64,000 bases of DNA, from the sequence record NZ_CP145666.1; one strand, written 5' to 3'. Within the stretch, counting starts at the first letter, position 1. Each line of letters opens with the position of its first letter. Below, in pieces: positions 21,509 through 33,443 of the stretch. Source of the DNA: a plasmid. The notes under the pieces are model-generated. The model ran no database searches. It was given only the letters and a program-made list of their open reading frames with translations, and was not told where the DNA came from. The position numbers were made by a program, and so were the translations under genes.

Positions 21509-24500
21509 ATGCCCGTTGACTTTCTGACCACTGAGCAGACTGAAAGCTATGGCAGATTCACCGGTGAACCGGATGAGCTTCAGCTGGCACGATATTTTCA
21601 CCTTGATGAAGCAGACAAGGAATTTATCGGAAAAAGCAGAGGTGATCACAACCGTCTGGGCATTGCCCTGCAAATTGGATGTGTCCGTTTTCTGGGCACC
21701 TTCCTCACCGATATGAATCATATTCCTTCCGGCGTCCGGCATTTTACCGCCAGACAGCTCGGGATTCGTGATATCACCGTTCTTGCAGAATACGGTCAGA
21801 GGGAAAATACCCGCCGTGAGCATGCAGCGCTGATACGTCAGCACTATCAGTATCGTGAATTTGCCTGGCCCTGGACATTTCGCCTTACCCGTCTTTTATA
21901 TACCCGGAGCTGGATAAGCAACGAACGTCCTGGCCTGCTTTTCGATCTGGCGACAGGGTGGCTTATGCAACATCGTATTATTCTCCCCGGAGCCACTACG
22001 CTGACCCGGTTGATTTCAGAGGTAAGGGAAAAGGCGACGTTGCGCCTGTGGAACAAACTGGCACTGATACCGTCAGCCGAACAGCGTTCACAGCTGGAGA
22101 TGCTGCTGGGGCCAACTGATTGCAGCCGCCTGTCTTTACTGGAATCACTGAAAAAGGGCCCTGTGACCATCAGTGGTCCGGCGTTTAATGAAGCAATTGA
22201 ACGCTGGAAAACTCTGAACGATTTTGGCCTGCATGCTGAAAACCTGAGTACACTCCCGGCTGTGCGCCTGAAAAATCTCGCACGTTATGCTGGTATGACT
22301 TCGGTGTTCAATATTGCCAGGATGTCACCGCAGAAAAGGATGGCGGTTCTGGTTGCCTTTGTCCTTGCATGGGAAACGCTGGCGCTGGATGATGCATTGG
22401 ACGTTCTGGACGCCATGCTGGCCGTTATCATCCGTGACGCCAGAAAGATTGGGCAGAAAAAACGGCTCCGCTCGCTGAAGGATCTGGATAAATCTGCATT
22501 GGCGCTCGCCAGCGCATGTTCGTACCTGCTGAAAGAAGAAACACCGGACGAATCGATTCGTGCTGAGGTGTTCAGCTACATCCCAAGGCAAAAGCTGGCT
22601 GAAATCATCACGCTTGTCCGTGAAATTGCCCGGCCCTCAGACGATAATTTTCATGAAGAAATGGTGGAGCAGTACGGGCGCGTTCGTCGTTTCCTGCCCC
22701 ATCTGCTGAATACCGTTAAATTTTCATCCGCACCTGCCGGGGTTACCACTCTGAATGCCTGTGACTACCTCAGCCGGGAGTTCAGCTCACGGCGGCAGTT
22801 TTTTGACGACGCACCAACGGAAATTATCAGTCGGTCATGGAAACGGCTGGTGATTAACAAGGAAAAACATATCACCCGCAGGGGATACACGCTCTGCTTT
22901 CTCAGTAAACTGCAGGATAGTCTGAGGCGGAGGGATGTCTACGTTACCGGCAGTAACCGGTGGGGAGATCCTCGTGCAAGATTACTACAGGGTGCTGACT
23001 GGCAGGCAAACCGGATTAAGGTTTATCGTTCTTTGGGGCACCCGACAGACCCGCAGGAAGCAATAAAATCTCTGGGTCATCAGCTTGATAGTCGTTACAG
23101 ACAGGTTGCTGCACGTCTTTGCGAAAATGAGGCTGTCGAACTCGATGTTTCTGGCCCGAAGCCCCGGTTGACAATTTCTCCCCTCGCCAGTCTTGATGAG
23201 CCGGACAGTCTGAAACGACTGAGCAAAATGATCAGTGATCTACTCCCTCCGGTGGATTTAACGGAGTTGCTGCTCGAAATTAACGCCCATACCGGATTTG
23301 CTGATGAGTTTTTCCATGCTAGTGAAGCCAGTGCCAGAGTTGATGATCTGCCCGTCAGCATCAGCGCCGTGCTGATGGCTGAAGCCTGCAATATCGGTCT
23401 GGAACCACTGATCAGATCAAATGTTCCTGCACTGACCCGACACCGGCTGAACTGGACAAAAGCGAACTATCTGCGGGCTGAAACTATCACCAGCGCTAAT
23501 GCCAGACTGGTTGATTTTCAGGCAACGCTGCCACTGGCACAGATATGGGGTGGAGGAGAAGTGGCATCTGCAGATGGAATGCGCTTTGTTACGCCAGTCA
23601 GAACAATCAATGCCGGACCGAACCGCAAATACTTTGGTAATAACAGAGGGATCACCTGGTACAACTTTGTGTCCGATCAGTATTCCGGCTTTCATGGCAT
23701 CGTTATACCGGGGACGCTGAGGGACTCTATCTTTGTGCTGGAAGGTCTTCTGGAACAGGAGACCGGGCTGAATCCAACCGAAATTATGACCGATACAGCA
23801 GGTGCCAGCGAACTTGTCTTTGGCCTTTTCTGGCTGCTGGGATACCAGTTTTCTCCACGCCTGGCTGATGCCGGTGCTTCGGTTTTCTGGCGAATGGACC
23901 ATGATGCCGACTATGGCGTGCTGAATGATATTGCCAGAGGGCAATCAGATCCCCGAAAAATAGTCCTTCAGTGGGACGAAATGATCCGGACCGCTGGCTC
24001 CCTGAAGCTGGGCAAAGTACAGGTTTCAGTGCTGGTCCGTTCATTGCTGAAAAGTGAACGTCCTTCCGGACTGACTCAGGCAATCATTGAAGTGGGGCGC
24101 ATCAACAAAACGCTGTATCTGCTTAATTATATTGATGATGAAGATTACCGCCGGCGCATTCTGACCCAGCTTAATCGGGGAGAAAGTCGCCATGCCGTTG
24201 CCAGAGCCATCTGTCACGGTCAAAAAGGTGAGATAAGAAAACGATATACCGACGGTCAGGAAGATCAACTGGGCACACTGGGGCTGGTCACTAACGCCGT
24301 CGTGTTATGGAACACTATTTATATGCAGGCAGCCCTGGATCATCTCCGGGCGCAGGGTGAAACACTGAATGATGAAGATATCGCACGCCTCTCCCCGCTT
24401 TGCCACGGACATATCAATATGCTCGGCCATTATTCCTTCACGCTGGCAGAACTGGTGACCAAAGGACATCTGAGACCATTAAAAGAGGCGTCAGAGGCAG

Positions 24501-24514
24501 AAAACGTTGCTTAA
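21509..24514 (+). CDS. tnpA: Tn3 transposase TnpA
   Basis: The 1001-aa protein begins MPVDFLTTEQTESYGRFTGEPDELQLARYFHLDEADKEFIGKSRGDHNRLGIALQIG. Confidence 0.9.
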   Translation: MPVDFLTTEQTESYGRFTGEPDELQLARYFHLDEADKEFIGKSRGDHNRLGIALQIGCVRFLGTFLTDMNHIPSGVRHFTARQLGIRDITVLAEYGQRENTRREHAALIRQHYQYREFAWPWTFRLTRLLYTRSWISNERPGLLFDLATGWLMQHRIILPGATTLTRLISEVREKATLRLWNKLALIPSAEQRSQLEMLLGPTDCSRLSLLESLKKGPVTISGPAFNEAIERWKTLNDFGLHAENLSTLPAVRLKNLARYAGMTSVFNIARMSPQKRMAVLVAFVLAWETLALDDALDVLDAMLAVIIRDARKIGQKKRLRSLKDLDKSALALASACSYLLKEETPDESIRAEVFSYIPRQKLAEIITLVREIARPSDDNFHEEMVEQYGRVRRFLPHLLNTVKFSSAPAGVTTLNACDYLSREFSSRRQFFDDAPTEIISRSWKRLVINKEKHITRRGYTLCFLSKLQDSLRRRDVYVTGSNRWGDPRARLLQGADWQANRIKVYRSLGHPTDPQEAIKSLGHQLDSRYRQVAARLCENEAVELDVSGPKPRLTISPLASLDEPDSLKRLSKMISDLLPPVDLTELLLEINAHTGFADEFFHASEASARVDDLPVSISAVLMAEACNIGLEPLIRSNVPALTRHRLNWTKANYLRAETITSANARLVDFQATLPLAQIWGGGEVASADGMRFVTPVRTINAGPNRKYFGNNRGITWYNFVSDQYSGFHGIVIPGTLRDSIFVLEGLLEQETGLNPTEIMTDTAGASELVFGLFWLLGYQFSPRLADAGASVFWRMDHDADYGVLNDIARGQSDPRKIVLQWDEMIRTAGSLKLGKVQVSVLVRSLLKSERPSGLTQAIIEVGRINKTLYLLNYIDDEDYRRRILTQLNRGESRHAVARAICHGQKGEIRKRYTDGQEDQLGTLGLVTNAVVLWNTIYMQAALDHLRAQGETLNDEDIARLSPLCHGHINMLGHYSFTLAELVTKGHLRPLKEASEAENVA

Positions 24515-24547
24515 CGTGAGTTTTCGTTCCACTGAGCGTCAGACCCC
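24510..24547 (+). repeat. Tn3 38-bp terminal inverted repeat at the tnpA end
   Basis: The sequence CTTAACGTGAGTTTTCGTTCCACTGAGCGTCAGACCCC is present in full. Confidence 0.85.
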
Positions 24548-24559
24548 GTATAGCGCCGG

Positions 24560-25744
24560 TCAGCAGGTGGCCGCCACCGGTGCCGGTTTTCTGATCAGCA
24601 GACAGATTGCCAGCAGCAGACCGTACAGTGCCGTGCCAATCAGCCACACCGTACCGTCCGCACTCTGCTGTGTCTGACTGAAAATAAAAGCAAACAGCAG
24701 CGGGCCCGCCACGCCGGTCAGATTGGTCAGGCTGACCAGCACACCCTGTAGTTTTCCCTGATTTGCCGCCGATGCCCCGGCAGAGATAATGCCCTGCAAT
24801 GCAGGCAGTGCAATTCCGCCGCCTGCCAGCAGGATCAGGACCGGATACACCATCCATCCGGAAGTGATAGCAGACATCAGTAAAAACGCGGTGGCATCGG
24901 CAATAAATCCGGCGAAAATAATGGTTTTCTCACTCAGCCGTTTTGCCAGCGCCCCGGCAACCACCGCCTGAAACAGTGCATGCATCGCCCCGAGTCCCGC
25001 CAGTGAAAAACCGACCGCCGCGCTGTCCCAGGCAAAGCGGCTCTCCGTAAACAATACCCAGACAGTGGCCGGGATCTGCCCGATAAGCTGCGCGGTAAAA
25101 AAGACAAACAGCAACAGCGCCAGAGGTTTAAGCAGTGTGATAAAGCTGATACCTGCGCTTTCTTGTTTCTGCTCCGCCGGTTTTTCTTCTGTCTGTACCG
25201 CCGGTTTAAAGATAAAAAAGACCATCAGAAAGGTGCAGGCATTCAGTATTGCCGCAATGACAAACGGCAGATGCGGTGAGATATCCCCCGCCAGTCCGCC
25301 GATAGCCGGCCCGGCAATCAGCCCGGCACCAAAGGCCGCACCGAGACGGCCGAACCAGGCGGTACGCTCGCTGACCGCCGTGCTGTCCGCCACTACCGAA
25401 GCCGCAACCGCGCCGGTGGCACCAGTGATCCCGGAGATAATCCGCCCGAGATACAACATCCACAGCACATTGGACAGTGCCAGCAGTGTGTAATCAAACG
25501 CGGCACCCGCCAGGGATAACAGCAGCACCGGTCTGCGCCCCAGCTTATCTGACCATCTGCCCAGCAGCGGAGCAAAACAGACCTGCATCACCGCATACAG
25601 CGCCAGCAGAATGCCGTAATGGTTTGCCACATCCGCTTCCGGGAGATATTCCCGCAGCAGTGACGGTAATACCGGCATGATCAGACCAATTCCCATCGCG
25701 TCCAGCAGTGTAATCACCAGCGCGATGACAGCGGGTTTATTCAT
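24560..25744 (-). CDS. tet(D): Tetracycline efflux MFS transporter, class D-like TetA
   Basis: The 394-aa protein begins MNKPAVIALVITLLDAMGIGLIMPVLPSLLREYLPEADVANHYGILLALYAVMQ. It is divergent from the adjacent tetR. Confidence 0.75.
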   Translation of the reverse strand: MNKPAVIALVITLLDAMGIGLIMPVLPSLLREYLPEADVANHYGILLALYAVMQVCFAPLLGRWSDKLGRRPVLLLSLAGAAFDYTLLALSNVLWMLYLGRIISGITGATGAVAASVVADSTAVSERTAWFGRLGAAFGAGLIAGPAIGGLAGDISPHLPFVIAAILNACTFLMVFFIFKPAVQTEEKPAEQKQESAGISFITLLKPLALLLFVFFTAQLIGQIPATVWVLFTESRFAWDSAAVGFSLAGLGAMHALFQAVVAGALAKRLSEKTIIFAGFIADATAFLLMSAITSGWMVYPVLILLAGGGIALPALQGIISAGASAANQGKLQGVLVSLTNLTGVAGPLLFAFIFSQTQQSADGTVWLIGTALYGLLLAICLLIRKPAPVAATC

Positions 25745-25764
25745 TTTTCAGATCCTGTGTTAAT

Positions 25765-25811
25765 TCCCTATCATTGATAGAGTTGGAATATATCCCTATC
25801 AATGATAGAGT
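25765..25811 (+). promoter_or_regulatory. Two tandem tet operators (tetO1 and tetO2) in the tetA-tetR intergenic region
   Basis: The palindromes TCCCTATCATTGATAGAGT and TCCCTATCAATGATAGAGT are separated by 9 bp. Confidence 0.7.
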
Positions 25812-25821
25812 GTCAATCTGA

Positions 25822-27251
<1,430 letters not shown>

Positions 27252-27525
27252 CCTAATCGTGTTCAGCAGAATAGCCGGAGGAAGTTTCCTACTGTCGATA
27301 AGAAAGGATTGGCACAGGGAGTGTGAATATCGAAACACCATCACAGAATAATGCCAGATAGAAATGCGATAGTAGGGGTGGATATTTAAATAAGGAGCAT
27401 CCCGACTTAAAATGAATATGACTGCGTAACCAGGCGCAATAAAAAAAGCGAAAGAATCGCTTTTATTCTGGTTGTTTTTTCGAAGAGTGACCGTTTTCTG
27501 AGATGACAAGAAATAAGGAAGTCCT

Positions 27526-28026
27526 ATGATCGCTAGCGGAATAGTTCAAAAACTGAATGCGCAAATGAATCAGGAGTTTTATACCTCAAATTTGTATCTT
27601 CAGCTCAGCCAGAGGTGCAGCGAGAATAGCCTTAATGGCACCGCACTATTTTTGCGTCATCAGGCGCAAAATACGGTGACGCAAATGATGCGCATGTACG
27701 AATACATCAAACAGAGCGGCGCCACGCCGGTGTTACAGGAGCAACACGCCCGGTGCGGTGAATTTTCCACGCTGGAAGATCTGTTTGAGCAGACGGTAAG
27801 CGATTACCAGAAGCGCATTAATGCGCTGACCTCTTTGACGGAAGACGCCCAGGCAGCAAACGATAAGTCAGCGATTAACTTCCTGAAGCGATACAGAAAA
27901 GAGGAAATCGTGGACGGGACGCTGTTGCAAATCATTCTGGATGAAGTCCGCAGCGCTAAAAAAGCGGGCATCAACATGCAGCAAACCGACCACTATCTGG
28001 TTGGCGTGATCGATCGCTATCACTAA
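27526..28026 (+). CDS. Bacterial non-haem ferritin-like protein (FtnB-like)
   Basis: The 166-aa protein has FtnB-like motifs: LNAQMNQEFYTSNLYLQLS, TVTQMMRMYEYIKQSGATP and LLQIILDEVRSAKKAG. Confidence 0.75.
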   Translation: MIASGIVQKLNAQMNQEFYTSNLYLQLSQRCSENSLNGTALFLRHQAQNTVTQMMRMYEYIKQSGATPVLQEQHARCGEFSTLEDLFEQTVSDYQKRINALTSLTEDAQAANDKSAINFLKRYRKEEIVDGTLLQIILDEVRSAKKAGINMQQTDHYLVGVIDRYH

Positions 28027-28042
28027 ATCAATTTCGCAGTAC

Positions 28043-28078
28043 GAGGAGGTTTTACGCCTCCTCAGAAAATCTGTTTTA
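28043..28078 (+). terminator. Putative rho-independent terminator after the ferritin-like gene
   Basis: The stem-loop CGAGGAGG-TTTTACG-CCTCCTC is followed by a T-rich run. Confidence 0.45.
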
Positions 28079-28195
28079 CATCAGAAACAGAGGTTTATGC
28101 CAGTGAACATTTGATACCCAACACGTCATAGTGATTTTTTAACTTAGCGTTTTTATATCGTGCCAAAAATGTCTCTGCTTGTGTCTTTATATTAA

Positions 28196-29391
<1,196 letters not shown>

Positions 29392-29600
29392 CTAAGTCAC
29401 CGGCGGCTTGCCTGCCACACATTGAACATTACAGACCAATTAGCACTTTGTCACCGGGGAAAGATGTAAAGATTATGTATAAATAGATTGGCTTAGAAGT
29501 GACATTTCAACTTTGGAGAAACAGGTGACATTTTAAACTTGCTTTAACAAAATTTTGGGACTGACCGAAACAAAAAGGCCAGCCCCGGAGGGCTGGCTAT

Positions 29601-29882
29601 TCAGTACAGGGCAATGACAGGTTTCTTGATGCCGCAGGCGTGAGCGTAGCGGGTCAGTGTGTCGATGCTGGCTTTGGTGATGTTGTTTTCCAGGCGAGAA
29701 ATAACCGGAGGTGTAACCCCCATGCGTTCAGCAACCTGCGCTTTTGTCAGGTTGTCATGCTTGCGCCATTCAGCAAGCAGCTCCCTGAGCTTTTCCTTAC
29801 GTTCTTCTTCCTGCCATGCAGCGCGATATTCATCGTCCTGCATCCACTCGTTATGCAGTTCTTTATGGCTTACCAGTTTCAT
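29601..29882 (-). CDS. HTH (XRE-family) antitoxin, HigA-like
   Basis: The 93-aa protein has an HTH segment LTKAQVAERMGVTPPVISRLENN. Its start overlaps the upstream toxin ORF by 20 bp. Confidence 0.6.
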   Translation of the reverse strand: MKLVSHKELHNEWMQDDEYRAAWQEEERKEKLRELLAEWRKHDNLTKAQVAERMGVTPPVISRLENNITKASIDTLTRYAHACGIKKPVIALY

Positions 29883-30192
29883 TAAGTACCTCCGCTAACC
29901 GCTTTTTGGCGAGATCGATTTCTTTCGCTGGCGTTTTCTGTGACTTCTTGATGAAAACACGGAGCATGATGATGGTATTGCCTTTGTGGTATACCCAGAT
30001 TCCCCTGGCTATGTCCGTCCCCATCGTGCGGATCTCAAAAAGTCCATCGCCCAGGGGCTTCGTGTCCGGCTCCCGCAGTAATCGGGCGTCATACTCCAGT
30101 TTGCCGATGAGACGGTCAAACTTCACCCTGATTTTTACGGGTAATGCTGTGGCTTCTTCCCTGGCTTCCGGGTGATAAACAACGCTAAACAT
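29863..30192 (-). CDS. RelE/ParE-superfamily toxin, HigB/Gp49-like. It lies upstream of its antitoxin, as in HigBA modules.
   Basis: The ~109-aa basic protein (MFSVVYHPEAREEATALPVKIRVKFDRLIGKLEYD...) is followed by an overlapping HTH gene. Confidence 0.55.
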   Translation of the reverse strand: MFSVVYHPEAREEATALPVKIRVKFDRLIGKLEYDARLLREPDTKPLGDGLFEIRTMGTDIARGIWVYHKGNTIIMLRVFIKKSQKTPAKEIDLAKKRLAEVLNETGKP

Positions 30193-30303
30193 GTGACCTC
30201 CCATTTCTATTAATATTAACCTATAGGCTAATTTCAGACAAGGTAGAATTAACCTATAAGCTAATTTTGTTGGCAGTTATCGTGGCTACCCGGTCACTAC
30301 CCT

Positions 30304-30330
30304 GTTAGCGTGAGTTTTCGTTCCACTGAG
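30304..30330 (+). repeat. 27-bp inner portion of a Tn3-type 38-bp terminal IR with the outer 11 bp replaced (remnant transposon end)
   Basis: GTTAGCGTGAGTTTTCGTTCCACTGAG matches the Tn3 IR (GTTAACGTGAGTTTTCGTTCCACTGAG) at 26 of 27 positions. The next 11 bp (GAACGGGGATT) do not match the outer GCGTCAGACCCC. Confidence 0.55.
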
Positions 30331-30583
30331 GAACGGGGATTTATGCGCGTTAGCGCATGTAAGGCGGCAGGATGAAATGACAGGTAGCACCGAGGGTTAG
30401 CCGCCGATACCAGTGAGGGATCGAAAGGGATCGCCTATCCATCCCTTCACCCTGCAAAGCCATATTCCGCTAAAAGCGGCTCAGAGGCTTTTGTGCGCGG
30501 TCGGAGTGGTCACAACAAGGCGAAGCCGCAGTTGGGGCGTATCTCCGCGTTAGCGGGTCGTAAGAGCCGCTTACGAGCGTGTA

Positions 30584-32204
30584 GGGGTCAGTTTGGATAT
30601 AGAGAATTATTGTACGGTAAGCCTGTTTTTTGAACAGACTTACCTATAGCAATAGGGTGTACTCCCGCGCTATACGGCATTTTCAGAGGTTTGACCTTAA
30701 TCGGATAACCTAAATGCGATACTGCAAGAGCGACAACTTAAAAGCGATAGCCACTGACGCAAAATCAACCACTTACGAACCAAGATTGGTTAAATAATGC
30801 GCTTAACGAATGGAAGGGACTTCCCCTGATTATGCGCCTGATTAACTCTTGTGCAATCATGGGGTACACATCGTCCCGGAGGAATTCGTTATGACTATCA
30901 CGACTGTCGGTATCGATCTTGCTAAAAATGTGTTTGCTGTTCACGGTGTTGATCAAAATGGTAGAACTGTTCTGGTTAAGCCTAAAGTATCGCGTGCTGC
31001 ACTTCCTGAGTTAATTGCAAGTTTGCCTCCCTGTGTTATCGGGATGGAAGCATGCTCCGGGGCTCACTACTGGGCAAGATTGTTTCGGCAGTATGGTCAT
31101 GAGCCACGTCTGATGGCTGCTAAGTTTGTATCGCCTTATCGTATGGCCGGAAAATCAGGAAAAAATGATGCAGCTGATGCTCAGGCTATCTGTGAAGCTG
31201 TTCGTCGTCCGCATATGCGGTTCGTACCAGTGAAAGACGAAAGCCAGCAGGCCATGCAGTGTTTACATCGTACCCGTCAGGGTTTTATCGAAGAGAAAAC
31301 AGCAACGTATAATCGTCTGCGAGGATTGATATCTGAATTCGGTGTCATCGCGCCACAAAGTGCTGATGCCCTGCGCCACATGGTTTCTGTGCAGAAGAGC
31401 TCTTTACCGCTTCAGGTTCAGCAATGTGTTGATGATTTGATGGAACACGTTGATCGCATTGAAGCTAACATCACTGAATATGACCGAATTTTGTCCCACA
31501 TAGCCAAAACAGATCATCGCAGTCAGCGGCTGATGGAGCTAAAGGGCGTTGGTCCCACAACGGCCTGTGCACTGGTCGCCAGTATCGGTAATGCACATGA
31601 TTTTAAAAATGGACGTCAACTGGCAGCCTGGCTGGGGCTGACGCCATCACAATACAGCAGCGGGGGAAAGTCGAAACTCGGCAGGATCACAAAAGCCGGT
31701 GATTCGTATCTGCGAACGCTTCTGGTTCAGGGGGCTCGTTCAGTGCTTATTGGCGCCGGGAAAAGGACTGACTCATTCAGCCGTTGGGTTTGTATGTTGG
31801 TTGAGCGCAGAGGGTACTGGCGGGCTGTTGTGGCCATCGCCGCCAAAAATGCGCGGCTGTGTTGGGCATCACTACATTACGGTGATGATTTCCGGCTGTA
31901 CTCAGTCAACTAAAGCTCGAAGCTGTATAACCATCTGACCTGCAATTCGTTGATGATAAAGGGTTAGACCCCGTGAGGCCTATCTGGCTATTGTACAGGA
32001 TATACGTATCCGCTTAACGAACAAGAACCTCACGCGCGTCTTTCATCAGGGCCCGAATCGATGACGATTCATCATGGCCGTTTATAGTACCGCAGTCTCT
32101 CCCCTTTATTTTTACTGAAGAGCAGACAGAAACCATAAATACCGGCTTTGACATGCCGGGGAAGTCCTTATAGTACAATAATTTTCGATATCCAAACTGA
32201 CCCC
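30584..32204 (+). mobile_element. IS110-family insertion sequence (IS1111-like) bounded by 32-bp imperfect inverted repeats
   Basis: GGGGTCAGTTTGGATATAGAGAATTATTGTAC at 30584-30615 matches the reverse complement of 32173-32204 (GGGGTCAGTTTGGATATCGAAAATTATTGTAC) at 30 of 32 positions. The pair encloses a DEDD transposase gene with ~275 bp of 5' and ~260 bp of 3' non-coding sequence. Confidence 0.65.
30891..31913 (+). CDS. IS110-family transposase (DEDD recombinase)
   Basis: The 340-aa protein begins MTITTVGIDLAKNVFAVHGVDQNGRTVLVKPKVS, an IS110 N-terminal DEDD signature. It ends LGLTPSQYSSGGKSKLGRITKAGDSYLRTLL, the IS110 C-terminal domain. Confidence 0.85.
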   Translation: MTITTVGIDLAKNVFAVHGVDQNGRTVLVKPKVSRAALPELIASLPPCVIGMEACSGAHYWARLFRQYGHEPRLMAAKFVSPYRMAGKSGKNDAADAQAICEAVRRPHMRFVPVKDESQQAMQCLHRTRQGFIEEKTATYNRLRGLISEFGVIAPQSADALRHMVSVQKSSLPLQVQQCVDDLMEHVDRIEANITEYDRILSHIAKTDHRSQRLMELKGVGPTTACALVASIGNAHDFKNGRQLAAWLGLTPSQYSSGGKSKLGRITKAGDSYLRTLLVQGARSVLIGAGKRTDSFSRWVCMLVERRGYWRAVVAIAAKNARLCWASLHYGDDFRLYSVN

Positions 32205-32269
32205 AAGTAAGGACGGTCGCGCCTGTGGTGGTTTTATCTCCGTGGAGCGCCTGGCCCCGGCCATAATTG

Positions 32270-32773
32270 TTAGTTCGATACCCCATGAGTCACGCCTCCG
32301 GGTATTGCCAGAAAGTCGGGGGCTTCAGCCATACCTTTGCGCGATAACAGCACTAATCTGTCCTGCGGGGTCGAGACAATTTCATCCCCGTTATCCAGTA
32401 CGCTGCCCACCAGCGCGAGCCCTTTCTCGAAGTGTGTAGCTTTCTGGCCAGCGCTTGAAACAATCCGTGCAGATGAACCATCGGTATAAGTGACTGCATC
32501 ACCCTCCACTGCGATTTTGACCATTTGACCGTTGTCTAGATCCATAACCCTGGCGCTATCAACAGCGGTTACGACACCACCTCGCGCAGTCAGGCTTCCC
32601 TCGACCGCAACACGCCAGATTGCTGTTACCGGGTGTTGGCGATCCCTTTCAGCGTTCTGCTCAATAATTTGTCGAGCATCCACATCCATTGCGGCCAGAT
32701 CAGCGTCAGAGAAAGGGGATTTGTCAAAGTCGGCCAGCATTTGTTGAGTTGCTTCATTTGTAAACTGCTTCAT
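32270..32773 (-). CDS. Hypothetical protein divergent from the umuD-like gene and sharing its SOS-box region
   Basis: A 167-aa ORF whose start lies 215 bp from the LexA box. Confidence 0.45.
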   Translation of the reverse strand: MKQFTNEATQQMLADFDKSPFSDADLAAMDVDARQIIEQNAERDRQHPVTAIWRVAVEGSLTARGGVVTAVDSARVMDLDNGQMVKIAVEGDAVTYTDGSSARIVSSAGQKATHFEKGLALVGSVLDNGDEIVSTPQDRLVLLSRKGMAEAPDFLAIPGGVTHGVSN

Positions 32774-32987
32774 CGTTATTACTCCTTATAAAATGTACGG
32801 ATAAATTCCGAATTGTATACGAAGTAAGCACGAGTAAATTCTGAAAATGAACTGAGGAATCATATGGTTGCAATTTGTTATGTGCAGTTACCCACTTCTG
32901 GACAAGTGATAAGAAAAACCTGAAGAGTGATAGCGGAAAATAACTTTCGGAAAAGGAGGTGCGAAAATTCCTGGCTCCTGTCTATAA

Positions 32988-33007
32988 TACTGTATGGATA
33001 TACAGCA
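32988..33007 (+). promoter_or_regulatory. LexA (SOS) box
   Basis: TACTGTATGGATATACAGCA fits the CTGT-N8-ACAG consensus. It lies 20 bp upstream of the umuD-like start. Confidence 0.6.
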
Positions 33008-33026
33008 CCACGAAGAGCAGAGCATT

Positions 33027-33443
33027 ATGAAACTTATCCCAGTGACACAACAATCACCAGGCCAATTCCCGTTGTTCGTTGAGCCTGTCAGCGCAGGTTT
33101 CCCTTCAGTCGCTTCCGATTATGTTGATGAATTTATTGATCTAAATACTCACCTCATCAAACATCCATCTGCAACCTACTTCTTACGAGTAACAGGTTCA
33201 TCGATGGTAGAGGCACGTATTCACGAAGGCGATCTGGTCATCGTGGATAGCTCACTTGAGGCGAAAGAGGGGGATATTGTGATTGCGACCGTTGATGGTG
33301 ATTTCACCATTAAGCGGTTGCAGCTAAGCCCGGCTCCCGCGCTACTGCCAATGAATAGCCGGATGTCACCGATCTATCTGAAAGAAGGCGAAGAACTGGC
33401 CATTTTTGGCGTGGTGACCTTCATCGTGTACAAGGCCTTGTGA
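33027..33443 (+). CDS. umuD: UmuD/MucA-like translesion polymerase accessory protein (S24 LexA-like peptidase)
   Basis: [75 protein letters not shown] aligns with E. coli UmuD. Confidence 0.8.
   Translation: MKLIPVTQQSPGQFPLFVEPVSAGFPSVASDYVDEFIDLNTHLIKHPSATYFLRVTGSSMVEARIHEGDLVIVDSSLEAKEGDIVIATVDGDFTIKRLQLSPAPALLPMNSRMSPIYLKEGEELAIFGVVTFIVYKAL

Noticed and set aside
23095-24268. Several 75-175-aa minus-strand ORFs inside Tn3 tnpA
   Set aside because: They are antisense to a 1001-aa conserved transposase gene.
24438-24857. A 139-aa ORF spanning the Tn3 IR and the tet(D) 3' end
   Set aside because: It crosses a mobile-element boundary and overlaps tet(D) on the same strand in a different frame.
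27252-27525. Fur box upstream of the ferritin-like gene
   Set aside because: AATAATGCCAGATAGAAATGCGATAGTA contains only partial GATAAT-like half sites. The match is too weak to call.
31956-31972. GGTTAGACCCC resembles the missing outer part of the Tn3-type IR whose inner 27 bp are at 30304-30330. Joining the two pieces would give a 38-bp IR split by a 1.63-kb insertion.
   Set aside because: The motif lies inside the IS110-family element, whose ends are defined by the much stronger 30/32 IR pair at 30584 and 32204. An 8-bp match is expected about once by chance in 64 kb, so it was treated as coincidence.
32014-32286. A 90-aa minus-strand ORF
   Set aside because: It overlaps the right IR of the IS110-family element and has no RBS, so it is probably spurious.
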